DNA from: Candidatus Multivoradales bacterium
GTDB lineage: Bacteria > Acidobacteriota > Thermoanaerobaculia > Multivoradales > Multivoraceae
Assembly: GCA_965223325.1 (NCBI GenBank)
Contig: CBDCWI010000001.1
Location: 1,664,001 to 1,728,000, forward strand
Direction: 5' to 3'
Length of the DNA: 64,000 bases
Numbering within the stretch: the stretch's first letter is position 1; each line of letters opens with the position of its first letter. The notes below the pieces were generated by a model that saw nothing but the letters and a program-made list of their open reading frames with translations, did no database searches and was not told where the DNA came from. This document shows positions 41,007-51,606 of the stretch, piece after piece. The translations under genes were made by a program, and so were the position numbers.

Positions 41007-44000
41007 TCAGCCGCGGCCGATGTTCTCAGAAGGCCGAAAGAGCGGAGTCACCCAGTTCAGACCACGGTAGTCGGGCAAAAACCCGCCCTTCTCAAAAACT
41101 ACCGCGTGCACTGACTCACCTGCCGGCTGGCCATCGATCTTCTCGAGCAGCATCGAACGGCGACGGCCGCGACGGGCGAGCTCCGGCAAGGCTTCGACGG
41201 CCGCGAGGGCGCGAGCACCGCCTCGGTCTTCGGCGAAGGACTTGAAGGTCACGACCGAGCGGCCGCTCTTCTCCAGGAAGAGGAAGGGGAGGCCGGCAAC
41301 GCTAATCACCCAGGCACCGGCGACGCGCCGGGGTCGCGGCCCAGAGTCCAAGCTCTTCGGCGGCCAGGGCAGGAGGGAGCCCCACGCGTTCGCTGGATCG
41401 ACACTGGCGACGGTCTGGACGGGAATGTCGTCTTCCGGGCCAAAGGCCGGGGCGTCCTCGCTGCGCGCGGCACGCAGGCGGTCGACGGCGCCGGGCAGCG
41501 CGTACTGACGACCCGAAAGGCCCTCCACGAACCAGCCGCGGCGAATGCGCCCGGCATCTTCCATGGCCTGCAGCACAGGAACGATTGCGGCGAAGCCACC
41601 GGGGATGCCTTCGTAGAGGGCGGCCTCGCGGCTGACCACGCCATAGCGCTCGAGCAACATGACGACGATGGCGTGAGCGCGCTCGGTGTCGGTCACCCGC
41701 TCGTCGGCGAGCTCCGAGACCAGCGACCAGCGCCCGCCCGCGACTTTTGCATTCCTTCGGGCGCGCCGGCGAACCGGGACCGCACCGATCTCACCCGTCT
41801 TCGGGTTCCACCGGGGCATGGGGGGCGAGCGATCGACGCCCACGGCACGCTTCCAACGCAAAGCGAGACTGGAGAGGGGCAGGAAGGTGTCGTTGGTGAT
41901 CTCGCCCGCCCAGACGAGATCCCAAAGGGCATCCTCCAGGTCGCTGGCGACGGCCCCGGCTGGCTCAGCGAGCTTCTCGAGCTCGACGGTAAACGCCGGC
42001 CCGCGGCTTCGGAGCCGTTCGAGAATCGCTTGCCGAAGCCGGCTCTCTACAGCGTCAACGCTCAGAGCGGCATCGCCTGCGCCGTCGCCTTCTTCTCCCT
42101 CATCGACCGCCCGTTTGGCCAGCAACTCGGCGACGCGATCGCGCCGATAGAGCGCAACCTTGCCGTCTTTGGTACCCAACGCGCCACACCCCACCCAGAC
42201 GATCTCGCCGCTCGCCGCCATCATGTCGAGCATCTCGGGCCGAAAGTCCAGAACCCGCTCGGGCAGAACGATCTCCGACAGGCTCGACCAGGGAATCGGC
42301 AGCCCTTCGAGCTGCGCAATGACCTCCTCGAGACGGGCGGTGCCCATGCTGCGACGGCGCTCACCATCGGCCTGGGCACCCCGGACTCCCTGCCAGGCTG
42401 GCAGGAACCGGCCCATCGCCTCGGCATCGACCGGCGCAATCTCACGACGAAGACCTGCCAGGGTTCGCCGACGGATCCGCCTGAGCACTTCCGGGTCGCA
42501 CCACTCGGGCCGCGAGCCCCCCGGCAGAATGTCGCCGCGTTCGAGGCGACCGGCTTCCTGGAGCGACCGGAGAATCGGCTCGACGACGGCGGGCAACAGC
42601 CCCAACCGCTCCGCCAGCGCCTCGGTGTAGAAGGGACCGTGACAGCGCGCGTAACGGCGGACGAGATCTTCGAGCGGAGTCTCGTTGACCTCGAGGAGCG
42701 TCTCGGGCAACCCGCCCGGGAGTCGCACACCAAGTGCATCGCGATAGCGCGAAGCATCTTCGGCGGCGATCCAGCGTTCCTCTCCGGCGACCGCCACCTG
42801 GACCGCCCGGCGCTCTTCGGCCAGCCGCGCCAACCACTCTTCGAAAGCCGGCGGTGTCAACTCGGGATCTGGGGTTGCGTCCCGACGTTCCTTCTCGAAC
42901 CCTACCCGGTCGGCGATCTCACCGATCGAGAGATCACCGACCCGCCGCAGAAGATCGTGCAGCTCGTCGGCGTTGCGCGCCCGACGCTCGGAGGCAAGCC
43001 CCTGCATTTCAAGGTACACGTCGCGCACGATGCCTTCGTCGAGCAACCGGCGCAGCTCGTCCTGCCCAAGGAGTTCTCGGAGCAGAGAGCGGTCGAGCGT
43101 CAGGGCCTGTGCCCGACGCTCGGCGAGGGGCGAATCCTGCTCGTAGAGGAAGTTCGCCACGAAGGCGAAGACCAGGGAGCGCGCAAACGGCGAAGCGCTC
43201 GGCGTCTCGACGTCGTGCACCTTCACCTTGCGATCACGGACGTGGATCAAGAGGTCTTCGAGGGCCGGCAGATCGAAAATGTCCTGCAGGCAATGGCGGT
43301 AGGTCTCGAGGACGATCGGGAAGCTCGGATAGCGCTTGACCACCGCCAACAGGTTCTTGGCCCGCAGGCGCTGCAGCCAGAGCGCCGTGCGCTTACCCGG
43401 GCGATTGCGCGGCAAGAGAAGCGCGCGGGCGGCGTTCTCGCGAAACACTGAGGCAAAGAGCGCACTCGAACCGACCTGCTCCACCACCAGATCTTCGAGG
43501 TCTTCGGGAGCAGGAAACAGATCGGCCGTATCGGGCAGGTCGTCGCTGTCGGCAAAGCGCAAGACGATGCCGTCGTCGGTGTACATGGTCTGGACGTCGT
43601 AGCCCGCTTTCCCACCCAGCAGATGCTCGATCGCCATGGCCCACGGGGCGTGCACACGGTTGCCGAACGGAGTCAGGATCGAGATCCGCCAGTCGCCGAG
43701 CTGGTCGCGGAACCGTTCGACGGTGATCGACCGGTCGGTGGGCAACGCGCCCGTCCACGCCTTCTGCTCGAAGATGTAGGCGAGAAGGTTCTCGCGGGCG
43801 TACTCGTCGAGGGGCGTTCTGGCCTCGAGATGCGACCGCGCTCGCGCCTCGGTCAACCCTCCCATCTCGCGCAGAAAAGACCCCAGGGCGCGCCCGAGCT
43901 CGATCGGGCGACCGGGTCCTTCACCGTGCCAGAAGGGCATCCGACCTGGTTCGCCAGGTGCCGGCTGCACGACGACGCGATCGCGGGTGATGTCGATGAT

Positions 44001-45779
44001 GCGCCAAGTGCTGGCGCCGAGAATAAACGTGTTGCCCTTGCGACTCTCGTGCACCATCTCTTCGTCGAGCTCGCCAACCCGCGGGCCTTCGGCACCTACA
44101 TGCACACCGTAGAGGCCACGATCTGGAATCGTGCCGGCGTTCAAGCGCGTCAACATCGGTGCACCCTTGCGCGCGCTGAGAACGTCGCGACCGCGATCCC
44201 AGGAGATGCGCGGCCGCAGCTCGCCGAACTCTTCAGAGGGATAGCGCCCGCTCAACATGTCGAGCACGGCGGTGAAGGCATCACCGGTCAAGTCTCGATA
44301 GGGCCACGAACGACGCACCAGCGCCAGCACCTCGCCAACCTCGCGCGGCCGGTCGACGCACATCGCCACCACCTGCTGCGCCAGCACATCGAGGGCATTG
44401 GTCGGCACCCGCAGGGGTTCGATCTCACCCGCCAGCATCGATTGGGCGGTGACCGTGGCCTCGAGCAGGTCGCCGCGAAACTTGGGAAACAGCACCCCGC
44501 GGCTGATCTCACCGACCGAGTGCCCTGCCCGCCCAACGCGCTGCAACCCACTGGCCACCGAACCCGGTGATTCGACGAGCACGACCAGGTCGACCGCCCC
44601 CATGTCGATGCCGAGCTCGAGCGAGCTGGTGGCGACGATGGCGCGCAGCTTGCCGCTCTTGAGGCCGTCTTCCATCTCGGCGCGTTTGGCGTGCGACACA
44701 CTGCCATGGTGGGCGCGAATCGGATCGCCACCCTCGGGCTCGGGTTCACCGTTTTCCTGGCGTCGCTCGCGCCACTGGTCGTTGAGTCGTTGCGCCAGGC
44801 GTTCGCAGAGACCGCGACTGTTGGTGAAGATGATCGTTGAGCGGTGCTCGAGGATGAGGTCGAGCAACGGCGGGTAGATCGTTGGCCAGATGCCCTGCTC
44901 GCGCGGCGCTTCGGAATCGGCGATCTCCTCGGCGAGCAGCGACCCACCAACGACCTGTCGCTGCCCGTCGCCGCCCTTGCCCGCAGGAGCGGCGGGTGGA
45001 TTCTCCATGTCGGCAACCGGCACACGGATCTCGAGCTCAATGTGCGGGCGTTCCGAGGCGTCGACAACCGACACCTCCCGGTCGCCACCCAACATGCGCG
45101 CCGCGGTCTCGGCCGGGTGAACCGTCGCCGAGAGGCCAATGCGTTGCGGTTCGGGCCGCTCCTCGTCGGCTCCATCGGGATCGACCGTCGTGACCACCTC
45201 AGAAAGGCGCTCGAGCGACAGCGCCAGGTGCACGCCGCGCTTGCTCGGCGCAATCGAATGAATCTCGTCGACGATCACCGTATGCACACTCGCCAGGGTC
45301 AGAGCCGCGCGCGAGCCCAATAGTAGGTACAGCGACTCTGGCGTGGTGACCAGGATCTCGCCTGGATCTCGCACCTGCCGGCGACGATCCTTGGGCGGCG
45401 TGTCACCGGTACGCACATCGACCCGCGGCCGGTACACATCGAGCCCGAGCCGATCGGCGGCGTACCCAATACCGATGAGCGGCGCCCGCAGGTTGCGTTC
45501 GATGTCGTAGACCAGCGCCTTGAGCGGCGACACGTAGAGCACCCGCACGCCCGCCGGGGCGGCGGGATCGAGCCGCATGACCTGGTCGATACCCCACAGG
45601 AAAGCCGCCAAGGTCTTGCCGCTTCCCGTCGGGGCGATCAAAAGCGAGTTCTCACCCGCCACCAGGCGCGGCCAGCCCTCGGCCTGGACTCGCGTGGGCT
45701 CCTTGAAGGTTGCTTCGAACCAGGCCCTGGTTGGCGCCGAGAACAGGTCGAGGGCTCCAGGTGGTCGTGGCGAGGGCAT
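41007..45779 (-). CDS. lhr: Lhr-family ATP-dependent helicase, long form with C-terminal extension
   Basis: APTGSGKT, SPLKAL, DEIH, HHGS, SLELGID, QRVGRAGH. Confidence 0.93.
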   Translation of the reverse strand: MPSPRPPGALDLFSAPTRAWFEATFKEPTRVQAEGWPRLVAGENSLLIAPTGSGKTLAAFLWGIDQVMRLDPAAPAGVRVLYVSPLKALVYDIERNLRAPLIGIGYAADRLGLDVYRPRVDVRTGDTPPKDRRRQVRDPGEILVTTPESLYLLLGSRAALTLASVHTVIVDEIHSIAPSKRGVHLALSLERLSEVVTTVDPDGADEERPEPQRIGLSATVHPAETAARMLGGDREVSVVDASERPHIELEIRVPVADMENPPAAPAGKGGDGQRQVVGGSLLAEEIADSEAPREQGIWPTIYPPLLDLILEHRSTIIFTNSRGLCERLAQRLNDQWRERRQENGEPEPEGGDPIRAHHGSVSHAKRAEMEDGLKSGKLRAIVATSSLELGIDMGAVDLVVLVESPGSVASGLQRVGRAGHSVGEISRGVLFPKFRGDLLEATVTAQSMLAGEIEPLRVPTNALDVLAQQVVAMCVDRPREVGEVLALVRRSWPYRDLTGDAFTAVLDMLSGRYPSEEFGELRPRISWDRGRDVLSARKGAPMLTRLNAGTIPDRGLYGVHVGAEGPRVGELDEEMVHESRKGNTFILGASTWRIIDITRDRVVVQPAPGEPGRMPFWHGEGPGRPIELGRALGSFLREMGGLTEARARSHLEARTPLDEYARENLLAYIFEQKAWTGALPTDRSITVERFRDQLGDWRISILTPFGNRVHAPWAMAIEHLLGGKAGYDVQTMYTDDGIVLRFADSDDLPDTADLFPAPEDLEDLVVEQVGSSALFASVFRENAARALLLPRNRPGKRTALWLQRLRAKNLLAVVKRYPSFPIVLETYRHCLQDIFDLPALEDLLIHVRDRKVKVHDVETPSASPFARSLVFAFVANFLYEQDSPLAERRAQALTLDRSLLRELLGQDELRRLLDEGIVRDVYLEMQGLASERRARNADELHDLLRRVGDLSIGEIADRVGFEKERRDATPDPELTPPAFEEWLARLAEERRAVQVAVAGEERWIAAEDASRYRDALGVRLPGGLPETLLEVNETPLEDLVRRYARCHGPFYTEALAERLGLLPAVVEPILRSLQEAGRLERGDILPGGSRPEWCDPEVLRRIRRRTLAGLRREIAPVDAEAMGRFLPAWQGVRGAQADGERRRSMGTARLEEVIAQLEGLPIPWSSLSEIVLPERVLDFRPEMLDMMAASGEIVWVGCGALGTKDGKVALYRRDRVAELLAKRAVDEGEEGDGAGDAALSVDAVESRLRQAILERLRSRGPAFTVELEKLAEPAGAVASDLEDALWDLVWAGEITNDTFLPLSSLALRWKRAVGVDRSPPMPRWNPKTGEIGAVPVRRRARRNAKVAGGRWSLVSELADERVTDTERAHAIVVMLLERYGVVSREAALYEGIPGGFAAIVPVLQAMEDAGRIRRGWFVEGLSGRQYALPGAVDRLRAARSEDAPAFGPEDDIPVQTVASVDPANAWGSLLPWPPKSLDSGPRPRRVAGAWVISVAGLPFLFLEKSGRSVVTFKSFAEDRGGARALAAVEALPELARRGRRRSMLLEKIDGQPAGESVHAVVFEKGGFLPDYRGLNWVTPLFRPSENIGRG

Positions 45780-45920
45780 CCCTCGATCGTAGTCGATACG
45801 GAGACTCCGTAGGTTCGAGGGGTGCTCTACCGGGCCACAACCGCGCTGCAACGCAATACACTCGGAAGACCACGCGGGGCGACCACCCTCTAGCCCCCTC
45901 CACATGCCAAAGGAGATCTC

Positions 45921-46292
45921 ATGGAGCTTGCACCTGTCATCCAGATCAGCGACGACGTTCCGGTCCGTTCGAAGGTCGAGGAACTGGTCGAGGCGCGCGC
46001 CAGCCGCCTCGACCGCTTCCACGCTCGCATCACCAGCTGCGACGTTCTGGTCGAGTTACACAGCAAGCACCACTCCGCCAAGCACCCCCTGCGCGTGCGC
46101 ATCGTCTGCAAGGTGCCGCCCGGTCAAGAACTGATTGTCGACCGGCCGCCCGAGGCCCACGACGCCCACACCCCCAACGACACGGTCATCCGCCACGCCT
46201 TCCAGGCCATGGAACGACAGCTGCGGGACCTCTCCGACAAGCAGCACGACCACGACGGTGCCGATCGCGGCGCCGCTCTCCAAACGGAGTAG
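45921..46292 (+). CDS. HPF/RaiA-family ribosome-associated protein
   Basis: AAGGAG RBS; ITSCDVLVE, IRHAFQAMERQL. Confidence 0.8.
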   Translation: MELAPVIQISDDVPVRSKVEELVEARASRLDRFHARITSCDVLVELHSKHHSAKHPLRVRIVCKVPPGQELIVDRPPEAHDAHTPNDTVIRHAFQAMERQLRDLSDKQHDHDGADRGAALQTE

Positions 46293-46313
46293 GCCGACAA
46301 CCAGAGCGACTGA

Positions 46314-46592
46314 GTGAAGGACCCCAGGTTCTATCTGCGGCCAGTCTTCGCGGTCGCCGATCTCGAGGCAAGCCTCGCCTACTACTGCCAGGCGCTGGGT
46401 TTCGGCCGCGACTGGCAGTTCCCAGCCAGCAAACCCTTCATCGCCCAGATCAACCGCGACGATCTGGACCTCATCCTGGACGCGGGCAGTGTGATTCCAC
46501 GCGCGGCCAACCCTTCGGTTCTCTCGCTCACCCTCCATCAGGGCGAAGAGCTCGACGGCAATCTGCTGGTCTTCTGGGGGCAGGGAACCTGA
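46314..46592 (+). CDS. VOC/glyoxalase-family protein, apparently internally shortened
   Basis: PVFAVADLEASLAYYCQALGF and DGNLLVFW, only 92 aa. Confidence 0.6.
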   Translation: MKDPRFYLRPVFAVADLEASLAYYCQALGFGRDWQFPASKPFIAQINRDDLDLILDAGSVIPRAANPSVLSLTLHQGEELDGNLLVFWGQGT

Positions 46593-46797
46593 GGGTGTTA
46601 CGAGCCGTTGGTGATTAGTAGGTGTCCGGAAAGACATACACCTACCGTCTAGAATGACTTCCAGCTGCGCTCTCGTAAACCGCGGAGAACGCCGCAACCG
46701 TAGAGGTTTCGGCGCTCCCCGGTTGGTACGTTTCTCGCTCTCTCCTTGAGGGTCCTTCGTCGCCTCAGCGTGAAACGAACCCCCAAGGAGTGACCCC

Positions 46798-48204
46798 ATG
46801 CGCACCGATTACGATCGCCGCGTGCCTCGAGTTCAAAAGAGGCCGAGCATCATGGCGCTGCTAGCAGCCCTATTGGTTGCACTCTCAGCCGGCCCACTTG
46901 CAGTCCCGCTTGCCGGCCAGACACAAGAGCCATCCCAGAGCACCGACTGGGAATCGCCGACTTTCTTCATCGAGAGCATTCGCATCGACGGCTTGCGCCA
47001 TGCGCGTCCCGGCCCGATCCTCGCTGAACTTCGACTGAACGAAGGTGCGACCTACAGCGAGAACGAGCTCCGCCAGGCGACCTATCGCGCTCAGCGTCTG
47101 CCCTTTGTGTTGACGGCCGACCTGCGACTCGAAAAGGGCAGCGAGCGTGAGCGTTTCGTTCTGGTCGTTGGGGTGGATGAGACCAGCCGCTTCTTCCTGG
47201 TCGACGACCTGAGCTATCGCTACCGAGAGGGACAGACCTTCGAATTCACGACCGTCGACCCAGACGGCCGACTTGTCACAGAGTCGCAACGCGTTCCGGG
47301 AGACTACGAGACGGTTGGCGCCGAACCCACCGGCGGCGCCCGCCTCTTCCTAGGCCGAAACGGCATGGCGTTCGCCACCGTCAGCCCGCTGGGCGTCAGT
47401 GTCGGCTATACCCAGTACAACCTGTTCGGCACGCGCGGGTTCGCCACAGTTGCGGTGCGCGAGTCAACGAAGGACGGCGGCGTCGTTCGCGAAGACGACG
47501 AAACCGGGTTCGCTAAATCGACCAACCGCGAGTTCTCACTCGCAGCCGGGTTTCCCATCGGTCGCAACCAGTCTTTGCAGTTCACTCTCTCGGCCGACGA
47601 GGACAACGACGACGTGGTCCTGAACCAAGAAAGCACGGGTGCAGAGCTACGTTGGTTCCACGACACGACCGACGATCCCTTCTTTCCTACCAACGGCTGG
47701 CGCGTCACCTCTGGAGCCGCACTGCTCGAAGGAGAGTTCTCGTTTCTCATCGCCAACGACTCCATCGTCTCGAAGGCGGACGAAACTGCGTTGTTCGCAT
47801 CGGGCCTGCGCTACTTCCCGGTTGGCGAACGCTCGACGCTGTGGGCGGGTGCCGGCTATCGAGCGAATCGGGCCGACATCACCCAGACGCGGACATTCGG
47901 TGGGCCTCCTTTCGAGTCCGGTACCCTGACCCGAGACTCCACGATCGAGCGGGGACGCGCCAGCGCCTCGTTGGGTTGGGGCCGCCCGCTGTTTGAACGG
48001 CGCTCGGGAAGAAAGTTCGAGCTCCGGCTCGAGACCGCGGTCGAGGGCGCCTGGTTCGACGAAGACGTTGAGTCGTCGTTTGACGTATTCCGCCCCGGCA
48101 TCGAGCTCGACTCTGAAGTCGAGCTCAGCATCGCGCTGGCGTTTCGCAATCGCTGGTCGGTGCTGCGAGTGGGCGTTGGCTACATCGACCAGGACTACAA
48201 CTGA
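46798..48204 (+). CDS. Outer-membrane protein with one POTRA domain and Omp85/TamA-like barrel
   Basis: Signal peptide; IESIRIDG..L.EG..YSE POTRA; NLFG; DTTDDPFFPTNG. Confidence 0.72.
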   Translation: MRTDYDRRVPRVQKRPSIMALLAALLVALSAGPLAVPLAGQTQEPSQSTDWESPTFFIESIRIDGLRHARPGPILAELRLNEGATYSENELRQATYRAQRLPFVLTADLRLEKGSERERFVLVVGVDETSRFFLVDDLSYRYREGQTFEFTTVDPDGRLVTESQRVPGDYETVGAEPTGGARLFLGRNGMAFATVSPLGVSVGYTQYNLFGTRGFATVAVRESTKDGGVVREDDETGFAKSTNREFSLAAGFPIGRNQSLQFTLSADEDNDDVVLNQESTGAELRWFHDTTDDPFFPTNGWRVTSGAALLEGEFSFLIANDSIVSKADETALFASGLRYFPVGERSTLWAGAGYRANRADITQTRTFGGPPFESGTLTRDSTIERGRASASLGWGRPLFERRSGRKFELRLETAVEGAWFDEDVESSFDVFRPGIELDSEVELSIALAFRNRWSVLRVGVGYIDQDYN

Positions 48205-48821
48205 TGAAGGTCCTGGCCAGCCTCTCGGCGAGCGCGGCGATCCTCGTCGCTTCACTGGGTCCCGTAGCTGCCGAAGAAGCGACCTATGACCCGACGGCTC
48301 GGCACGTCGCGATCACGCAACTTCCCAATCCCTTCCTCGACCAGTCCTTCGTTGACAATCTCACCAGCGGCCTCAGCACCATGGTCGTCGCCAGTGCTGA
48401 ATCGAAGATCGGCTCCGGAGATAGAGCCACCGAAGGTCGCCTGCGCATTCGCTACGACCTCTGGGACGAGCTCTTCATCGTCGACAGTGTGGGCTTCGGA
48501 GACAACGGCAATCGGCGCTTCGAAGACCAGAGGGAGCTCGAAGACTGGTGGCGCAAGAGATCGCTCAGCCTCGGCCCACTGGAACGTCCGCCACGCACTG
48601 TGCGGGTGCGCCTGGTTGTCCTGCCGTTCAGTGCCAGCGAAGGCAACGACGCCCGGCTCTGGTTTTCGCGCTCTGTTCGGCGTGCGGGGACGAACGTCGG
48701 ACGCTCTTCAGAAGAACTCGGCACACTCCTAGAACGCGTGATGGCGACCGCCATTCGTCGGCAGCGGCTGTTGACCTTCGATCGAACGGTCACCGTCACC
48801 GGAACATCCGATTCGAGGTAG
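48204..48821 (+). CDS. Periplasmic protein, DUF4390-like
   Basis: Signal peptide; L.SGL and IRYDLWDE patterns; precedes an NtrY-like kinase. Confidence 0.55.
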   Translation: MKVLASLSASAAILVASLGPVAAEEATYDPTARHVAITQLPNPFLDQSFVDNLTSGLSTMVVASAESKIGSGDRATEGRLRIRYDLWDELFIVDSVGFGDNGNRRFEDQRELEDWWRKRSLSLGPLERPPRTVRVRLVVLPFSASEGNDARLWFSRSVRRAGTNVGRSSEELGTLLERVMATAIRRQRLLTFDRTVTVTGTSDSR

Positions 48822-48827
48822 ACACAC

Positions 48828-50183
48828 GTGACCCCGCCCTCCATCTCTTCGAAGTTGCCCGCCCCAACACGGATCGCCATCGCCGTGGCGCTTGTCATGA
48901 TCATGGCAACCGGCTGGTTTCTCAGCCGCCAGCTCGGTTCGACCTGGCTCCTCCTTGGGGCCCATCCCGAGGTCCTCAGAGAGCTCGAACAGTCTCTGGC
49001 TGAGCAGCGCGAGCTGGCAGTGCTTCAACCCGAGCGCGCTACCGCCATTCGCGAGCAGTTCGACGAGCGCCAGAAACTAGTACAGCGGCTGCGCATTCTC
49101 GAACTCAACCGCGAGCGCCTGGTGCGCGTGGTGGGGGGCTTCGTCGTTCTCTTGATGGCTGTCGTCGCGACGGTTGGAGCCGCGCTGGCGTGGGTGTTTC
49201 GACGCCTCACCCACCGTCGGCTCGAGCAGTTGCGGCGCGGGCTCGAAGACCTGTCAGCGGGCGAGGGTGCGGTGCGCGTCGTTGACGAAGGAGGCGGGGT
49301 GATCGGCGTGATCGCAGCGATGATCGAGGAGGTTTCGAGAACCGTCGGCGAGCAGCGCCGCCGGCTCCAGGAACTCGACGCGCTGCGCTCCTGGCGTCGT
49401 GGCAGTCGGCGCCTTGGGCATGAGATGCGCACGCCGCTGACGGCCATCCGGCTCGATCTCCAGCGGCTCGGCGACCACTTCGACGAGACCGACGCCCACC
49501 CAACTGCACCAGCGGATCCAAAGAGCCCCGCGGCAACCTACGATCGAGTCGTCCGCGATTTCGATGCTCTACGTGACCTGGTTGGGCGCATCACCAGCTC
49601 GGCGCGCCTGCCGGAACCGAAGCTCGCCCGCCTCGATCTCGAGAGGCTCGCCCGAGAGTTCACGGTGGCCTTCAAGAACGCCTGGCCACGGCTCGAGCTG
49701 GCGGTCGAGGCCAGAAGCGACGTGCCCGAGGTCTCTGGCGACGCCGAGCTTCTGCGCCAGATACTCGTCAACCTGGTTTCGAACACCGATGAAGCACTGG
49801 AGCGGGAACCGCATGGGCGCGAGCGACGTGGCCAGGTGCGGTTCGTCGTTGGCCGTGACCGAGATACTGCTTTCCTCGACGTGATCGACGACGGGCCAGG
49901 AGTGAGTAGCGAGCTTCGCTCCGAGATCTTCAGGCCCTATGTGTCGGGCGCACGATACGTGGGCACCATGGAGGACACAAGACCAGCAAACAAACCTTCT
50001 GAGTCGGACCGAAAGAACGGCGACGCGCGTCTCGGCCTCGGGCTCGCGATCTCGCGCATGATCGCCCTCGAACAGCGCGGCACCCTCGAGTACCGAGCAC
50101 CCGAGAAAGGCACAGGTGGTGCCACCTTCCGGCTCTCGCTCCCCCTCGCCACCTCGCCGGCCACGAAAGAATCGGCGGCATGA
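48828..50183 (+). CDS. NtrY-like sensor histidine kinase
   Basis: Two TM, HAMP-like region, W..RRLGHEMRTPLT, DDGPG, GLGL. Confidence 0.88.
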   Translation: MTPPSISSKLPAPTRIAIAVALVMIMATGWFLSRQLGSTWLLLGAHPEVLRELEQSLAEQRELAVLQPERATAIREQFDERQKLVQRLRILELNRERLVRVVGGFVVLLMAVVATVGAALAWVFRRLTHRRLEQLRRGLEDLSAGEGAVRVVDEGGGVIGVIAAMIEEVSRTVGEQRRRLQELDALRSWRRGSRRLGHEMRTPLTAIRLDLQRLGDHFDETDAHPTAPADPKSPAATYDRVVRDFDALRDLVGRITSSARLPEPKLARLDLERLAREFTVAFKNAWPRLELAVEARSDVPEVSGDAELLRQILVNLVSNTDEALEREPHGRERRGQVRFVVGRDRDTAFLDVIDDGPGVSSELRSEIFRPYVSGARYVGTMEDTRPANKPSESDRKNGDARLGLGLAISRMIALEQRGTLEYRAPEKGTGGATFRLSLPLATSPATKESAA

Positions 50184-51547
50184 CACGCATCCTGATCGTC
50201 GAAGACGACCCGCGGCTCCTGGCAACAATCGAGCTCCAACTGTCCGAGGCAGGTTTCGAGACGCTCCGTTGCGTCGAAGCCGGAAGCGCCCGCGCCGCCT
50301 GCACGCAGCCAGCCAGGCCGGATCTGCTCCTGGTGGACGTCCGGCTACCTGGCAAGAGTGGTATCGACCTGATCGAAGACCTGAAAGGCGATGGCCACCT
50401 GCCGCCGACGATCGTCATGTCAGGCGAGGCAACCATGAAGGAGACGGTGCGCGCGCTCAGACTCGGGGTCGTCGACTTCATCGAGAAGCCGTTCTCGCGC
50501 GAACGCTTGATTCGCTCGATCGAGCTCGCCCTCGAGCTCAGCGGCCTGCGTCGCCAGGTCCGCACCTACGAAGACGACCCGCTCGCAGCCATCCTGGGCG
50601 ATTCGCCGCCCATGCACGACCTCAAGCAGAAGATCGAGCGCGCAGCGATTTCCAATGCCCGAGTCTTGATTCATGGCGAAAGCGGAACCGGTAAGGAACT
50701 GGTCGCCGAAGCTCTTCATCGGCTGAGCCGAAGGAGCGGTGCCCCCTTCGTTCGCCTCAACTGCGGTGCACTCGCCCGCAACCTGATCGAAGACGAACTC
50801 TTCGGACACGCTGTCGGCGCCTTCACCGACGCCAAGAACGAACGGCCTGGCGTCTTCGAGGTGGCAGATGGCGGCACGCTGTTTCTCGACGAGATCGGTG
50901 ACCTCGAGGAGGCAGTGCAGTCTCGTCTGCTGCGCGTACTCGAAGACGGGAAGGTGCGCCGCCTGGGCGAAACGCGCGAGCGCCGCGTCGATGTACGCGT
51001 CATCTCAGCGACCCATCGGCCACTCGGCGCCGAGTCCTTCCGGCAAGACCTGTACTTCCGCCTTGCCGAGCTCCGCATCGAAGTGCCGCCGCTGTGCGAA
51101 CGCGGCGCCGACATCGAACTGCTCTTTCGCACCTTCCTCGACCAGGCCTGCCAGCGCGAAAAGAGCAGGCGGCGCACCGTCGCTCCCGAGCTCCTCGAGC
51201 GGCTGCTCGAGCACTCCTGGCCTGGCAACGTACGCGAGCTCAAAAACGTCTGTCATCACCTGGCGGTCTTCGGCGGCGAGACTCTGCGGCTCGACGACCT
51301 GCCGACTTCGCTTTCGCAAACAGGTGGTAGGGAGTCCCAGGTATCAGGCCTCCTCCGAACGGCCGAGTTGCCCCCGGACCTGTCGCTTAAGGAACTCAAG
51401 CGCCAGTCGGAGAGGGAGTTTCTCGAGGCTGTGCTGAGACGGTTCAGCTGGAATTTCACCCGCGCCGCCGAAGCGATGCAGATTCAGCGCACCCATCTCC
51501 ACGAGCGGGCGCGGGTTCTCGGTCTTTCACGTCCCGAAAAGAGCTGA
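50180..51547 (+). CDS. Sigma54-interacting response regulator (NtrC/NtrX family)
   Basis: Receiver domain, GESGTGKE, GAFTDA, LFLDEIG, WPGNVREL, Fis HTH. Confidence 0.94.
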   Translation: MTRILIVEDDPRLLATIELQLSEAGFETLRCVEAGSARAACTQPARPDLLLVDVRLPGKSGIDLIEDLKGDGHLPPTIVMSGEATMKETVRALRLGVVDFIEKPFSRERLIRSIELALELSGLRRQVRTYEDDPLAAILGDSPPMHDLKQKIERAAISNARVLIHGESGTGKELVAEALHRLSRRSGAPFVRLNCGALARNLIEDELFGHAVGAFTDAKNERPGVFEVADGGTLFLDEIGDLEEAVQSRLLRVLEDGKVRRLGETRERRVDVRVISATHRPLGAESFRQDLYFRLAELRIEVPPLCERGADIELLFRTFLDQACQREKSRRRTVAPELLERLLEHSWPGNVRELKNVCHHLAVFGGETLRLDDLPTSLSQTGGRESQVSGLLRTAELPPDLSLKELKRQSEREFLEAVLRRFSWNFTRAAEAMQIQRTHLHERARVLGLSRPEKS

Positions 51548-51606
51548 GGTCTCCTGGGCGCGGCCCGGCAGGGGGGCGGGAGAGGGCTCTGTGCTAGAAT
51601 TTTGGG

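Noticed and set aside
41007-45779. Lhr or SNF2 as part of a phage-defence island
   Set aside because: Neighbours are housekeeping genes; no nuclease or methylase partners.
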